The notes under the pieces: model-generated
Seen by the model: the letters and a program-made list of their open reading frames with translations, nothing else
Databases searched by the model: none
What the model was told of the DNA's origin: nothing
Position numbers and translations under genes: made by a program
Source of the DNA: Penicillus capitatus
Taxonomy: Eukaryota; Plantae; Chlorophyta
NCBI GenBank assembly: GCA_965649825.1
Contig: OZ287701.1
Coordinates: forward strand, 857,101 to 921,100
Length of the DNA: 64,000 bases
Reading direction: 5' to 3'
In this document: positions 12,464 to 26,446 of the stretch, piece by piece
How the letters are laid out: each line of letters starts with the position of its first letter
Position numbering within the stretch: the stretch's first letter is position 1

Positions 12464-14438
12464 CCGGGTTACTTCAATCGAAACGGAACCCACATGGGCG
12501 GAGACAGTAAACTAGGGCATATCAGCCTATGCCGCAAAAATGAACGTCTAAAGTAGTTAATAGACCAGCGAATCTCACTTCAAAAGAAATGACATCTCTG
12601 TTTTTCAGTAAGCATCTTTCTCTATAGCACGGCAGACATAGAAAAGTAGGGCTTAGATGAGACTGCTCAGAACGGAACATTATGAAATGGTCTCTTTCGT
12701 GAAATGTAATACATTTTAAAGAAGGGAGGGAGGGTCCGAGTGAGGGGACAGCAAAGTCCGTTTTTCATTCATGGTTCATAGAGAGATCTCGTAGATCGCC
12801 GTTTTGAAATAACTTTGAAACACAATAGGGTACAGTCAGTGTTCAAAGGAATGACTGGTTACAGTTTTCATGCAAATGAATGTCGACCTCTGCAGTGGTC
12901 TCGATCGCGGTTTGGAATGGACTTAAACGGCTGACGCTGATGTGACAGATAGATGTCGGTGCGAAAAAGAGGTTGTTAGGAGTATTTGCAGGCATTTGTT
13001 TCTATGGCCGAAAAAACACATCAATTATCTTTCTGTTGGCATTCGACCATGATAATTAAACATAGCTGCAGATGATCAGCTTCCCCGAATTCAGGCCAAT
13101 CGCAAATCCTCGTCCGATGCTTTATCCCATAACCATGTCAGATTTCTAGATGGGACATGTGAACTTCGGGGTCCATCGGCACCACAATGTCCACACGCAT
13201 TCCAGCTGGCAAAAAGTCCGCCTGCACCAGCAGCCTCTTCAGCTCTCTATGATGGAGATGCGGCAATGTGAATCTCACTCCCACGTCAATATCGCAACGT
13301 TCACACGTAGCATTCGACATTCCCAGATCACATCCTTGCTATGGCTAACAGATCCAGATGTCAAAGGTTGGCTGACCGTTTAGATGTTGATAGGGTGTCT
13401 TAATCAAGGACCGTCTTCGGTTAGTCACGGTTGCTAGGTTTTCGTTGTCTTGCGACCGATGCGATTCGTTCGAAGCACTGAAGCAAAAGTGGCCATATCT
13501 GCTAAAGCAGTGGTCGCGTCCGATTTAGGAACTGTGGACAGTCGTGTGCTTGATGTGCAGAATGACTGTGACGGTTTGCTGCCACGTTTTTGTCCGCCTC
13601 CAACTGTCACCAACGATCCGTACTTGCAAGAAGCGGCACCGAATGCGTACGTGTGTATCAACTACGCCTCGCAGCGCTTTTTCATCTCCACGAGTCGGAC
13701 ACTGTCGTCGCAGTACATCCCACACGCCTGCCCGCTCTTCTAGTGCCTCTCTCGCACATGCTCTGAAGAATAGCTTCTTTACGTGGCCATCTCCAGGAAA
13801 AAGAGAAGTGGACGTCTTTCCTGAAGGCAAGACCTACGTGTTGTCGATCATTGTCACAATAGCTAATTGAACCTGTTGAGATCGAGCGAAGGCGATATTG
13901 GTGTTTCGTGCTTTTCAGTCTCGACCGATCAGTCTCTTTTTCAGCATCTATATTTTAAAGGTCCGATCTTCATTACCAGAAGAAAAGAGGCAACCTTCGT
14001 TTTTTGCTGTTCCTCGCGTCATCGCCGCTTCATCTGGTTATAGGATCGAGCAGAAAGTGAAAATAGCAAGATGGCAATCACACATGCTTATCTGTGTCCG
14101 TTGCCTACATCTCAACACTGCACCTTTGAATGAGTCATCTATCTTTTTACGACATGGCTTCCAGCGTTGTGTGTTTGCAGTTTCTTTGTCGAGATGAGGA
14201 CTCGAGGCATCGCCGATGGGACACCATCGGCCGCGGTGGCGGGTTTGATGTGACAGGGAGATCGCTGACCTGTCAAAACAGTTCCACTGTACAACGAGGT
14301 TAAACCGTGTTGCGGGCGCCTACCAAAACTCTATCCGTCGTGGAGTTTTAAGCGCCGTCATTTGCACCGTGCAGTCGCTTTTGCTCGCTTCGACTTCTGT
14401 CTCCCTTTCCTCTGATTGCCGTTGTTTCGTCTGACAAC

Positions 14439-15576
14439 ATGAAACTTCTCTGGGTTTTGCTTTTTGTCTGTCTTGCCTCGGTGAAGGCAAACAGGGAAGA
14501 AGAAGGTGCAGAGGTCGGCGTTAGGTGCTCCGCCTTTGCAGCCCTGAAGATTCGAACAGTCGGCACTGCCAAGTGCAAGGGGCAAGCCGGAGCTGACTGC
14601 GCCGTAAGATCTCTCCCGTCGGTGCTCATGGGATGAGTGTATGTCTGTTCGGTGCAGGCCGTTGCCAGTTCACAGAGCGAATTCCGCGAGGCTTATGCCG
14701 AATGGTTCAACGACGAGGGAACGTGCGACGGCGCCAAACTCGAGGTCGCCGCAGAAGCCATCGCCACGGCGTGCGCCGCCGGTAGGATCCTTCAGTTCCC
14801 GAAACGGGCCTCGGACAATCCTGTGCGCAGTGTACGCGAAGACGTTCTCCAAGGTTACCTGCAAGGGAGAAGGAGCTTTTGCCTGCGGCTACGCCATTAC
14901 TGACGGTGCCGCCTTCGCGAACGCTTTGGCGAGAGCGTCTGCCCAAGCCGTTGTCGACGCGAGTACTGAGAAGGCAGATGCCTTCTGCTACTCGGATGTC
15001 TCGGCCGTCGCCGGCGCATTAGCCAATGCGGCCGCCTCGGCGAGATCTGCCGCCTGCGTCAAGGGCACCGGCTCCGAGGAAGACTTCCAGGAGGCTTTCG
15101 TCGAATCCGTCTCTCAAGCTTATGCAAACGCTTTCGCCTCCGCCGTCGCCAAGTCTTGCAGCGGTATGACCGATCCCCTTTCGACACGCCGCCTTCACAT
15201 CACATGCCTGTCTTAGAGCCGGGAGCAGCGGCAGCTTCGTCTCTCTGCTCGGGTGAGGCTGAAGGCAAGACTGTCGGAGAGATCAGAAAAGACGCAACCG
15301 AGAAAGCCAAGGCTGCGGGCGAGGCGAAGGAGACTCCCCTCTGCTGCAAGGACATGGATGAATGCTGTGCACCTGGCTATAGCAAACGCATCTGCAACGT
15401 TAATCCTGGGTATGCCACATCTTCTTTTCCGTTTCTGTTGCTCATCTTCTCCTGTTTGCTGCAGAGAATGCGGTGGAATGTGGGTGAAGCGACGCGTCGC
15501 TGGAGCCTTTGTCTGGCAGAGCCGTGGAGACTGGGGTGATTGCTTGTGCCTCAAGCCAAAAATCGTTGCTACCTGA
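14439..15576 (+). CDS. Secreted Ala/Cys-rich protein with a small Cys-rich C-terminal module, 5 exons
   Basis: Signal peptide MKLLWVLLFVCLASVKA. Four short GT-AG introns join the ORF pieces in frame. Ala-rich helical tracts and C-terminal CC..ECC..C...EC...W...C.C pattern. Confidence 0.75.
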
Positions 15577-16945
15577 ATTGCCGGCTCGACACTCTCTATT
15601 CGATAGCAGCTTTTTTTTCTTTCGGTATTTCCCCCAACAGACAATTTTCCTGCTATCCAATATCAAATTGACAATGCCAATTTTCTAGCGAATGTCACCC
15701 TTTGGTCTTTCGCAAACGGTTATGCTTTGTTGTTGGTTTGCTTCTACCTGATGACTTTACCTCCAAAGAACTAGACGAGGCTTGGACGACATTGGTTTAA
15801 CCAACATTATGAATCAGGATGCCTTCTCTCCCTACGCTCTGGAAGCGCCTGACATGACACCCGTCACCTTATTATGTTGTGACTGAGTCAGCATCACACA
15901 CTACAGAAATTCAGCATGCCTTCTACATTCAATGGCCGTGACTGCTTTCTTTGATGGAAGTAAAGGTACACGAAAGAAAAAGAACAGTGAAACGAGGATC
16001 AGAAGCAAATTTCCAGTTTGGATTACAATCAATCATTCGTATGAGTGAAACAATTGACTTCGACAATTGTGATCGCAGTGAATCCAAGGCGATCGGGAAC
16101 CGTTGCTTCGTCGTGTAATGCCTAGACGAGCTTTATAACAATTCGTGAGACAAACTGCACGAAAACACCAAACAGTCAGTGTGTGCTTTGCATCGCGAAA
16201 TGTTGCCAGTATCTGATGCTTGATGAATAGATTCTTATTAGGTACTTGAACAATTCTTGTACATAGGAATGCCAAAACGTCTCCACTGACTCTGCTAGAC
16301 TCAATGAGTCTAAACGGAACATCTTTAGCGAGAGGTTTTCCTAGAAGTGACCTTTTGCCGTACGCGCGTACTTCAAACCTTCGTCTTTGCACCAGTATCA
16401 ATAATACTGACGAAGACTCTTCATATGCTTTGGCAACGTCAGGTTCATCAGGAACAAATCAAAAGTTGGCAATATCGGGTTCCTTACCAAGCGCAATGCT
16501 CATCGACAGTCCTCGCGGAGCGACTAAGGGTGTTCGCACAGACAGCACCATGAATGACTAGATGCATGATGACTCGGCGGTCATCCGCTGTGGATAAGTT
16601 CATCAAGACGGTATCTCGGTACTTTGCGCGATATACCTTAACCTTTTCTCTTCGAATGTCAGCACGTCTCGTGCCGCACATTACGTGATATATTTGTTTC
16701 ATTGCGAAGTTGCTCTCGGACGTAAGAAAGCGGATGAAAATGAACTGCGGATTGGCCGAGGGGTCCACTGTTTTCGGTGCTGCGCTTGAGTGGGGTGACA
16801 GGTGCTATTGGAAAAAACGACTTTCAAGCGTCCACTGTTCGACTTGAAATGCTTGCTCTTGCCGCGGTTCCTTTCTGTAATAAACTGAACTTAGCCTCAT
16901 AAACGGTCTAAGTCAAGAATGGCGTGCGTGTTTCCTCGTCGTGTT

Positions 16946-19071
16946 TCAAACAGGACGTTTCTTGTGGAGTGTTACTGTATCCATCACCGTGCGATCTTCG
17001 TTCCTCACAGCTTCCACCGTCAACTGGTTGGAGTTGACCATCACCCGAACGTAACCAAACTCCAAGGCTTGGAACTGGTGGTGCAGATTTAGGAAGCTCA
17101 TTGCCAAACAACGCTTACCTCAATAAAAGGCTCTTTCACCAAATTTCTGTACAAACGGGCTCCGGAGTTCCCGAAGATGATTTGGACTAATCCACCATCG
17201 ACGCACCGCTCTTTGTAAACGGGACACGTCCTTTGGGAGCTGTGATGGTGGCCAGACCAAACCATGTCTACCTAAAAACACGAATTTAAAGCTAGATGAG
17301 AGGAATCCAGTATCCTACTCCATTTTCGTAGAAAAAGTCTCCGAAATGCTTTTGGAGTTCTTGACCGACAAACCAGTATCCACCACGTCTGTCGTGTGTA
17401 ATTCCGGGGTACATGGGGCGATGGACGCAGACAATGACCCAAGGCGTCACTGAACGATCCACGGATTCGAGATCTCCTTTGATGAACCTGCACAGTCCGC
17501 GCGTCCGCGATGAGCTTTGAACGAAGGACATGTTTACTCGAATTGCTCTGTGCCAGATTCGAAGTCGTGCTCGCCGCTGAAGGTGAGGAAGTGGATGGGT
17601 CCGAAGTTGACGGAGTACCATGGCTTGTCGACTTCCTTGACTGGCATCTGAAGTCTTCTCTCGTACGCGACCCCACACTCGCCTCCTGAGTTGTGGTTGT
17701 TGTAGCGATCGCCCGATCTTGGGTAGTCGCGTTCATGGTTTCCGGGAACTGTCTAGAACGCGAGCAGATTCGGAGCCAGATCAGAGATGGATAAAGGCTT
17801 ACCATGTAAGGAACCTTGGAGACCAGCGGATAGAGCTGATCGAAGAACACGTCCCAGTCCGCGACGTAGCCTTGCGCATACGAGATGTCCCCGACGTGAA
17901 GCACCAGGTCGACGTCTTCCTCCAAATGGATGTTCTTGGAGGTGCCCAGCGATGGCTTGTAGCCGTGCGGATTGTCAAAGTAGTCGACGTTGTACTGTCC
18001 CATGTCCGCTAGACCGATGATCTTGACGGACGTCTCGGGACCGACCGCCGGAGGCGCTTTGAACTCGTGTTCCTCGCTGAAACCTCCGATCTGCACATCT
18101 GATGTCCAAGAGTGTTCAGCAAGGACTGCAATCTCACGTCGTTGCCGAATCTGTAGTAGTAGCGCCGTCCCTGCCTCAGACCTTTAAGCACGGCTGAGTA
18201 CATGTACCCTGGATCGATGTACCCTTGCTACACAAACAGCGCACACAGAGATCTCAATCGGTTCGCGCAGAAGCAGGAGTCCCACAGTCGTGGCAGGAGG
18301 ACCGCACATGTCATTCGGTGTGTACGTCGTCCGTTCTGCGACCACTTCCGCGTCGAGCTTTCCTGATTTGGTGCCCCATTGCACCACCGACTTCTCCTTC
18401 GACGACGAGACCCACTGCACCCGCATCTCACTAAACAATCAGTCAGCGGAGTCACTCCATGTCGGTTACACTTTTCTTTGTCTGTCAACGCCAGATGCAC
18501 CGAAAGAGGGTACCCTCCGCGGCGCAGTTTGATGACAGGGCTCTCTCCGAGCACGCGAGGACGTCCAAGGAATTCCCGAATGAACAGGAACTTGACGTCC
18601 GTGCGGTGGTTGAAGAGTCTCACCCTGCAGATGCGTATTTCAGGGCATAACATGTCATGTTTGCGATTCGTACGGGAGCGAACCCGATCCCGACCGCAGA
18701 TGCGTTGGCGCATCCGAGGCGTAGGTGGATTTGATCGGCGCCTTCGAGAGCCAGTCGTCTTCGCCGTAAGCGAAGAGAGCGATGATGTCATCTTTCTGAG
18801 GGAAGAGAGCGAATCTCCACGAAACGGTGACCCAGTCGAATCCCGTTCCATCAAATTCGGTGGTATTGACTGTGAGACGGAGTCCCCGGTTCTGTGAAAC
18901 CTCTTCAAATGAAACGAGGTCAGAGTGGTAAAGATCGAGAGGATGTTCGTCCTCAGCCCTCAAGTCGGCGAATGACGTGAGGTTCGGTCTCTCGTACGCG
19001 GAGGTTCTCTGCGCGCAGAAAAAGAGGTGAAGCAAGAGTAAAGCGCAGGACCCCCGACACGGAAGCATCAT
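16946..19071 (-). CDS. Purple acid phosphatase, copy B (complete, multi-exon)
   Basis: High DNA similarity and shared intron positions with copy A. Motifs ADMG, GDISYA, GNHE, HRPMY and GHHHSSQRTC. Signal-peptide-like N-terminus; TGA at 16946-16948. Confidence 0.9.
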
Positions 19072-19787
19072 TCGAAACACGCTGTAACGATTCAACTGCC
19101 CGCGGCGTTATGAATGACAATCGCTACATGCTCGGATGGATATTCCGTATCACCTCCTGTACGTGTAACACAGCGGATGTTGAAGAATCTCGGAGCCGTT
19201 TTGATGATTTTCCCTCAGATTTCCTCCTCTTCATGTCCTTTCTGGTATGTCAAAAATGATGCAGAGCGAAAAACCGATCAATTGGTACATGAACCGTGCG
19301 AGGAAGAGACGTCCTCTGTATAAACAAAGTTGTACGACCAAGCGCCTACTGATGAAAAATGCACCAGCTTTGGCTATCCATCGGAGGACAAAATCCAGAG
19401 AAAAGTATTCTTATTCAAAGTGTGTATGTATCTCTACGATTGCGAACAACAAATCTCGTTTGAAATGCGTTCTTCGCTTATGAATGGAAAAATGCGAAGA
19501 TTCACCCAAAGACGAACCCCATTCTTAGACATCCCATTGGAAACTAGGCAAAGGCTACGTGGGAGTCTGATAGCCATCAAGTTCTCTAGATCCTAGAAGT
19601 TACCACTCACTTATTACCAAGCAACGGAAAGAACAGGCAGATGATGAAACAGTCAGCATGAGCATACTAACGGAGAAAAGAAAAGAAAACCCCAGTGCCA
19701 TAATGCAAGGTAAGCTGGTAGCTCGATAGAAGTCTGCAGCAAAACACACACAGGCATAGATATGTTTAGTTCTCTATGTTTTCGTTT

Positions 19788-20990
19788 CTAAAGACCTCCA
19801 TACGTCCAGGCCATAGCTCTTTCTGGATATCGATACCCTTTAATTCTGTCAGCGATCCCATTCAACTTAAATATGTCCTCCTCAGTTAGCTTCACATAGA
19901 ACGCTGCGGTGTTCAGTTCGAAAGAACTGACTCTTCTTGTCCCGGGTATTGGGAAAACATCTTCCCCCTGAGCATGCACCCAGGCGAGAGCCACTTGAGC
20001 TGGAGTGCATCCCTTCTCTGCGGCGATGTCCTCAACAATCTTCACCAGTTTGATATTGTGATCAAAGTGCTCATTCGAGCGCGGAAGCACTAGGCGCAAA
20101 TCTCCTTTTGGGATATCTTCCTTATTCTTGAAGACACCTGTCAAGAGCCCACGGCCCAATGGACTGTAAGCCACTATCCCTAGTGTGATAGGAGGACATC
20201 TCATCGAGATCAGAACCGACTGCAACACCAGACGCTTACCTATTCCGAGGTCCCGGCATGTGGGGACGAGCTCGTCTTCCACATCCCTCGTGAACAGAGA
20301 CCACTCCATCTGGTATGCCGTGATGGGACACAGGGCATGGGCCTTGCGAAGCGTCGGGATAGGCATCTCAGACACACCCACATACTTCACCTTTCCCTCC
20401 TCAACCAGCTCCTGGATGCAGATTCTGCAGAGTTTCTTACAAGGTGAGATTTCTTGCCTTGAAAGCGCCCATCGTCTCCTCGATCGGCGTCTTCCTGTCG
20501 TAGCGGTGAAGGTAGTAGAGATCGATGCAATCCACCCCCAGTCGCTCCAAGGATCCTGCAAGGAAGCGATCGACGACTTTGGTGATGAACCCTCTCTCCA
20601 CAGACATACCTTGACAGCTCTTCTTGATGTGAGCGGCAGACGAGTCATAAGCGATTCCTCCGGGAGTGCGAACGATACCACATTTCGTCGCGATCTTGAA
20701 CTTTCCTTTCTTGTCGACCGTCGCTTTCTCTGTCAGACACATCTTCTTGTGAGTGCATTGAGCGCATTGAAAAACTTACGGATCAGCTGTTCATTCGTGT
20801 AAGGGCCGTATAAATCTGACGTGTCGAGCATAAGATTTGATTGTTTTGCTGCCATCTCGAAGACGCGTAACGCTTCTGCTTGTGCCTCTTCTGTCTCGAA
20901 GCCTTTGTAGTATGCACTCATTCCACTGCACCCGAGTCCTTGCGCGGCGCATTTGAAACCCAGACTGCCGCATTTGCGAACGGGAAGCAT
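19788..20990 (-). CDS. Aldo-keto reductase (AKR13/IN2-2/perakine-reductase-like), copy 1
   Basis: [61 protein letters not shown] and PIPGT motifs across short introns. Confidence 0.93.
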
Positions 20991-21199
20991 CTTGATTATC
21001 GAGAGTTCAACTTTTGTCGCTTTTCTCGTCCAAGTGATTAATCGCGTCTAAAGACAAAGATGCGTTCATTGGTGACGAAAATAGACTGTTTATTTTTATC
21101 TATGCCCTGATGGAACGTGTTGCGCCGTAAAACATACCGAGGGCGATGACGCAAAGATGACGACATTTAGGGCAAGAACACGACGGGGACGTTCTCGAC

Positions 21200-21825
21200 T
21201 TAACAAAGTAGCCCGCTACGCAGCTCTGTCTATCACTGGACTTCTGAATACCACATCCACCGAAGCAGCTCTGGCGCTATCTCATCTCTGGCCTATCGAA
21301 GCACATGTCACAAACGAGCTTCTTGTCCTTGGACCACGGATCTGGAAATAAAACACTAGAGACGTGAACTCGGGACCGACAGGGGCAACGTACTGTTCTC
21401 CGACAGACCTACGGCGGACAAAAATTCGAGGACTCCGCCAATCGGGCGTTCCGTGTGATGTCGGACCCTGCTGCGAAATCATCCATAATGTCGACTGCTC
21501 CGATCACGGACAAAAGCATTTCAAGGCCACTGTCAGAAGCTACATAGAAGACCATCTCTCTTGCCTTTGGACTACATGCTCAAAGGCCATTGGGCTCAAA
21601 GAACTAGGATGGATACACCACACACATGCCAAACCATGGTTCCACAGACCAACCTGGAATAGATCAGACGCCCGGCTAATCTTTATGTTTTTATCTGTGC
21701 GTTTCCCAACAAGATTCTACTTAGCGCCACGTGGCCATGACCTTCCAGATACTAAATACCGTCTCTGCTCAAAGCATCCTGAGACCCGCAACCATCTGCT
21801 CTGGTGCATAGCCCCGCTCGCGTAA
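21200..21825 (+). mobile_element. Decayed 3' fragment of a non-LTR (LINE) ORF2
   Basis: ITGLLNTTSTEAALALS resembles LAGAFRTTSYPSAFALS of the LINE at 62.5-64 kb. The C-terminal LCSKHPETRNHLLWC resembles the LINE C-terminal zinc motif. The fragment is frameshifted. Confidence 0.6.
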
Positions 21826-22894
21826 GAGGCTCCGATGAAAGCATTTGGATGAACTGACGATGTCTGGCCTTCCATCTCACGCATCATCCTTGACCCGAAC
21901 TTCTACGAGAGTTGTCTGCATTCCGTACAAATCGTTACTCCTCTGTTACTGTTTTGATTTCATCTTGTTCACTATTAATTTTGAATCGCATACAATCATT
22001 AGAAACAACATATAGCTCCCGATCTGGGAAGGCAAGGACACATGCCTATGGCGACCCCTACCTCTCTTCTGCAAATCGGATTACATCCCGGAAGGTGAGC
22101 AGAACGTTCCTCGGCAGGGTATAGATGAAAACTGCCAAGTCGTGTCATTTATTTAACGTTTTTACTGCACATCAATCAACTGCTCTCATCGTTACTCGAA
22201 GATCTCGATGGTAGAAGCTCTTTCGTCTTCGCTCTCGTAGACAGAACAAGGCGTAATTTTCTCCCAGGCTCTAAGCAAAACATGGAGACTGTTCTTAAAC
22301 GTAGTCAACGAAGTCTTGCGAACTGCTATTCCGGAAACGGTGATCAACATGTCGTCTGACATATGTGATAAGGCAAACGACGTCATGTCGATCATAGATA
22401 GCCAAGCCTTTGCTGTCTGTCGGCTATTTGCGATGTGACCAATGTTAGAAGTCCTCGTACGCATTGCTGGCTCGTTGATCTTGGCGCATCACATCCGGAT
22501 GGGATGACATGCCTCGCCGAGCACTGTCGGTTGTGATAAGAGATGTAGGCAGGAGACTCTCGATGCTCTCCAATTAGATTGTCGCGAAGCGAGCCAAAGA
22601 GAGAATTAAATGAGCAAAGGGTTTGGAAAATCGAACACAACTGAACCAGGTTTCCGCTATGCATAATTGGATTCACAAAACTGTGAACGAATGCATACAC
22701 ACAGCAAGAGTGCAAGACCACGATTGCACTCATCAACTACCACAGGATCTGTCGCGGCTGTCAGTTTCACCGAATAAACGAAGATAACGCTGAGTTATTT
22801 GTAAAAACGGAACAAAGGATGCTGTTAATACGGTCCTCCATATTTGAAACTTGAAAAGGTTGTAAAGCTATTGAAAAAACAAACGTCTACGATA

Positions 22895-24184
22895 CTAAGT
22901 GCTATTGTATACCATGACCATGCGCTCGGCCGGGAGTCTCGTGCCCCGCACCTGCTCCGCGATCCCATTCAGCTTAGCCATGTCGTCCTCTGTCAACTTG
23001 ACATAGTAGGCCGCCACGTTCTCTTCGAAACGATCGACGTGCTTCGTTCCGGGTATTGGGAAGACGTCTTCCCCTTGAGCATGCACCCAGGCGAGAGCCA
23101 CTTGTCCAGGAGTGCATCCCTTCTCTGCGGCGATGTCCTCAACGATCTTCACCAATTTTACGTTGTGATCGAAATGATCACTCAGACGTGGGTGCTTTTC
23201 GCGCCAGTCTCCTTTCGGGATGTCTTCCTTGCTCTTGCTCGCACCAGTCAGAAATCCGCGGCCCAGCGGACTGTAAGTGACGATACCTGCAAAAGATAGC
23301 GCAAAAAACCTTTGCGCTGCTCCAAGATACCCTCTTACCTATTCCCAGCTCGCGGCATGTTGGAACGAGATCCTCTTCGACGTCTCTGGTGATGAGGGAC
23401 CATTCCATCTCGTAAGCAGTGACAGGACAAACGGCATGGGCTTTCCGAAGTGTGGAGATGGACACCTCGGACATGCCCACGTACTTAATCTTCCCTTGGT
23501 CGATCAGCTCCTGTCGGCAGGCTTCATCTCGAATCCACGAAACGACCAATCCTACCTTGAAAGCGCCCATCGTCACCTCGATCGGCGTCTTCTTGTCGTG
23601 GCGATGGAGATAGTAGAGATCGATGCAGTCCACTCCCAGGCGCTCCAAGGAGCCTGCAAGAAAGTGGTCATAGCATCAAAAGACGAAAAACGATGCCAAC
23701 ACTGGCAGCTCTTCTTTATGAATTCGGGTGACGAATTCAGAGCGACTCCCTGTGGCACATGGACAGTGCCGCACCTCGTTGCGATCTTGAACCTCCCTTT
23801 CCTATTGATGGTCCCCTTCTCTGCAACAAGATATCGCTTCGTCGCTCCCTGCCCCAAAGCAAGGGTCTCACGAATCAGTTGTTCGTTTGTGTAGGGGCCG
23901 TAACTGTCTGACGTATCGAGCATGAAATCTTGAAACTGCGCTGCCCTGTCGAACACGCGCAGTGCCTCGGCTTGCGCAGCGTTTGTCTCATAGCCTTTGT
24001 AATATGCACTCATTCCGACGCATCCGAGTCCTTGCACTGCGCATTCGAAACCTTGGTTGCCGCATCTTCTGACTGGCAGTGTCTTGGCTGCAGTCCTTTG
24101 TGCAGAACACAAAATGCACAGGATCCTTTTCCTGGATTTCGGATGGTAATAGTATCTGCGCCCCGACGATGCAACGGAATACAT
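22895..24184 (-). CDS. Aldo-keto reductase copy 2 (possible N-terminal extension; KIATR instead of KIATK)
   Basis: Same motifs and intron positions as copy 1. Start codon uncertain (ATG at 24184). Confidence 0.9.
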
Positions 24185-25230
24185 CGCTTCTTCGTCGATC
24201 AGTGTCCGGATAGTTTTTTTGGCGTTACAGTCGCTGATTCAGGAGATTATGCCATCTGCCGCTTAACACGACGGACGGACTGATCAGTCCCGTACCATTA
24301 ATGCAATGACGTCTCGATTAGTGCTGTCTACAATTGGTGGAACGCCAAAAAAACTCCTGAACGTGTTTTGTCGCCGTGATCTCTTATGTTTGCACGTCAC
24401 ATCAGAGCTTAGCAGCAGCTGTCTCGCGGCGTCGGCTTCTCTGCGTTAGTTCTTCGTCGTCGAAGCGATCCAAGTAGAGTCCTTTTTCGAACGATGTCTC
24501 TGTCATTCTAAAGCCACAACTTCGTCAGCGCTGGGTGCGTTTCGATAACACCATCGAACGATTCATTAAATCTGGTGTTTTGCATCACGCGGTCGAACCG
24601 GAATTCCGGATCATTCAGAAACATCGACCCGATGCAAATCGACTTCGATGCTACGAACTTGGTGGCTGAGATTTCGCGCATAAGTTTTTGAGTATCACGC
24701 AACAGAGAACGATCGTTCTGTGACACGAAGCACGACTCGCTATTTAGTAGAGGACCCGCCGAGCTGACGCTCCGATAGAGAATTCCAATGCGCAGAACGA
24801 TTCTTACGGCGGCGTCGCTCTTCGTCCATTTTATCGGGACCGTTCGTTCGTGAGCATCCTCATGGTTCGAAAGAAAGCGGCTAGTGTACTGCGCTCTCCG
24901 AATAAAACTCCAGATTTGTCAACAACATCATCGCGTCGCTTTTTACAGAATTCAAACCAAACTTGGGGCGAAAAGCACGTTAACACCGTTTGCTGAGCAG
25001 GACCTACTGTCTCTCAGTCGATCTCGAGAATCTGACGGACAAGATGCACATGCAATCGACTTTTGACAGGTTTATAGACTTCCAGAGAGAAGTTCTCGCT
25101 GAAGGGCCGTCTGTACAAGATACAGGACCGAGTGTGCAGTCCTGGGTGGACGGATGAATAATGAAACCAACGAAGTCAGGAAAGAATAGCCTGTCACATC
25201 ACGACGCAGACACGCAAAGTCGAACGGAAT

Positions 25231-26446
25231 ATGTTGCCTGTACGAAAATGCGGCCGCCAAGGATTCGAATGCGCGGCACAAGGGCTCGGTTGTATGAGCA
25301 TGAGTGCCTTTTACAAAGGTTTCGAAGGCGAGGAAGCGCAAGCCGAGTCCATGCGTGTCATTGACAAAGCGTTGGGGATCCAGGGTATGATGCTGGACAC
25401 TTCAGACCTCTATGGTCCGCACACGAATGAACAGCTCATCGGTATGACGCAGGCCGGTCTGTATAAACGTTCAGTTCGATAACAGGCAAGGCGATCACCG
25501 GCAAGAAAGATACATTTAAGATCGCAACAAAGGGAGGTGTCCTAATAACGCCAGAAGGAAGATTCTTCGATTCCTCTCCCGAGTATATCAAAAAAGCGTG
25601 TCAAGGTCTCTCACTGTTTTTGTTTCTGAATCACACTCGAGTTCGTGTAGCATCATTGGATCGACTGGGGGTGGATTGCGTCGATCTGTACTACCTGCAT
25701 CGATACGACAGGAGAACTCCGATTGAAGACACCATGAGGGCTTTCAAGGTGAGACACTGTTCTTGGATGCAGAGCAAACAACTGCATTGACTCTGACGCA
25801 GGAGCTCGTCGAAGAGGGGAAGATTAAGTACGTCGGCGTGTCGGAGATCGACGCCTCCACACTTCGCAGAGCACATGCCGTCTGTCCAATCACCGCGTAC
25901 CAGATGGAGTGGTCTGTCTTTACGCGTGATGTCGAAGAAGAACTCGTCCCAACATGCCGCGAGCTAGAGATCGGTGAGCGTCTGTTAGTACTCAGTACTC
26001 TAGAAGAGAACTTTCAATGACTTACTCTGCTAACAGGAATCGTGGCTTACAGTCCACTGGGTCGCGGTTTTCTGACCGGATCCATTAGAAGCATTGACGA
26101 TATACCAGAAGGCGATTTTCGACGGAATGTTCCTCGCTTCAGCGAAGACCATCTTTCCGAAAACTTGCAGCTCGTGGAGATCATCGAATCGATCGCAGTT
26201 GAGAGAGATTGCACTCCAGCTCAAGTGGCTCTGTCCTGGATCCACGCTCAGGGAGAAGACGTCTTTCCGATTCCCGGAACGAAGCACGTTCGTCGATTCG
26301 AAGAGAACATCGGCGCCTTACATGTCAAACTGACCGACGACGACATGCGCAAACTAGGGGAGATCGCTGAGAGAACGAAAGGAAAACGCTGCCCGCAGGC
26401 GTACATGAAAGGGACATATGAGACTGCAAACAAAATGGGAGGCTGA
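25231..26446 (+). CDS. Aldo-keto reductase copy 3 (opposite orientation)
   Basis: MLPVRKCG...[33 protein letters not shown] and PIPGTK motifs with four short GT-AG introns. Confidence 0.93.

Noticed and set aside
12464-14400. Short ORFs and small hairpins between the gag-only element and the secreted-protein gene
   Set aside because: No consistent exon chain, recognisable motif or terminal repeats could be supported.
19114-19596. Two in-frame ORFs separated by one TAA, suggesting TAA/TAG-to-Gln reassignment as in some ulvophytes
   Set aside because: Actin, RBM25, PIG-X and PAC end at TAA, and the kinase at TAG, at the expected C-termini, so the code is standard. The ORFs have no recognisable product.
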